NCBI GenBank assembly: GCA_046881885.1
Contig: JBKSMP010000021.1
Span: forward strand, 238 to 64,237
Length of the DNA stretch: 64,000 nucleotides
Direction: 5' to 3'
From: Opitutales bacterium
GTDB lineage: Bacteria; Verrucomicrobiota; Verrucomicrobiia; Opitutales; UBA9783
Below are positions 63,515 to 64,000 of the stretch, one piece after another. A model generated the notes under the pieces. The model was not told the origin of the DNA and searched no databases. It saw only the letters and a program-made list of their open reading frames with translations. A program made the position numbers and the translations under genes. How positions within the stretch are numbered: position 1 is the stretch's first letter; each line of letters opens with the position of its first letter.

Positions 63515-64000
63515 ATGGAATTGAGAAAAAATATTTCAGAAGCCAAAGTTGGTCTCGAACAATGTGCCAATGCATTATTAAAAATATGGGAAAAAATCAG
63601 ACAAGATAAGGATTTTCCCCAAAATCTAGATCTTTGGGAGCCAAAAATAAAAAATTTACTTCAAGTGTTCTATAACACAGCGTCCGATATTTATGCCCTA
63701 AATAAGGATTGCGAGACAAAAGATCTTATCTTTAATGCACAAACAGAAAATGTAAAATTGCTGGAATATGAGGATTTTTTAAATAATTCTTGCAGCTATA
63801 CCGAAACAGAGTTTGGGCTGGTTGATGTAAACTTGCATCAATTTTTTACAAATAACTACAATAGTCCTCATTGGTTATGGATCGCAGAGTTTTTAAACTG
63901 TTTATTTGACCGCGCAGAAACAGAAAGTTCAATGAGAAATAATTTAAAAAACCAATTGCAACAAACTGTAGTATTGTTACCACACATCGGTCTTTATTAT
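63515..64000 (+). CDS. Hypothetical protein, partial (continues beyond the window end)
   Basis: The frame is open from the ATG at 63515 to position 64000 (162 codons; MELRKNISEAKVGLEQCANALLKIWEK...). It is absent from the ORF track, presumably because it has no stop. No motifs recognised. Confidence 0.5.
   Translation, partial: MELRKNISEAKVGLEQCANALLKIWEKIRQDKDFPQNLDLWEPKIKNLLQVFYNTASDIYALNKDCETKDLIFNAQTENVKLLEYEDFLNNSCSYTETEFGLVDVNLHQFFTNNYNSPHWLWIAEFLNCLFDRAETESSMRNNLKNQLQQTVVLLPHIGLYY

Noticed and set aside
1-64000. Whole-window scan for CRISPR arrays, rRNA genes, tmRNA near smpB, 4.5S RNA near ftsY, and regularly spaced short direct repeats.
   Set aside because: I saw no repeat-spacer periodicity, no rRNA-like conserved blocks, and no tmRNA tag-reading frame or SRP-RNA GGAA tetraloop motif. 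The absence is by eye only, so a covariance-model scan would be needed for certainty.

Overview
AT-rich bacterial chromosome segment whose gene content points to an environmental, amoeba-associated member of the Chlamydiae. This is an inference from an ADP/ATP translocase, two class-I type III secretion (T3S) chaperone-like proteins, mcsB-clpC, gatCAB, a LysM-lipoprotein-ftsW-murG cluster and fabV. About 85% of the window is tightly packed housekeeping genes, many with translationally coupled overlaps: nusB-ftsY-rmuC, cysS, ruvB, pntAB-pntB, hup, rpoZ, smpB, trmL, rpmJ-rpmE, ftsK, pheT, nth, two M16 peptidases, rpiB, trxA, gmhA, an oppA-like gene, a family-4 UDG and others. There are two tRNAs, Ser-GCU (minus strand) and His-GUG (plus strand), both with genomically encoded CCA. 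I found no rRNA and no CRISPR array. Decaying mobile DNA is present as IS30-type remnants (300-483 and 33770-34191), IS5/Harbinger-type ends (1-137 and 58342-58690), and a ~6.5 kb gene graveyard downstream of tRNA-His. That graveyard holds a cupin gene, a frameshifted TagF-like gene, nucleotidyltransferase/PPDK_N mosaic genes and a truncated P4-type integrase. The observations most worth a second look are these. (1) A tandem duplication has fused the OppA lipoprotein leader in frame to an adenylate-kinase-family paralog. (2) An RtcR-like protein has a CARF-like N-domain and a motif-dead, truncated sigma54-type AAA+ module; it lies just upstream of a T3S chaperone and a 56-codon ORF. (3) A protein next to tRNA-Ser carries an N-terminal motif that I recall from amoebal (Entamoeba) gene families. 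(4) pheT shows a sharp GC/codon-usage shift within the gene. (5) A LysM-only lipoprotein sits in the position I recall NlpD occupying, directly coupled to ftsW-murG. All functional calls rest on motif reading by eye; no database search was possible.
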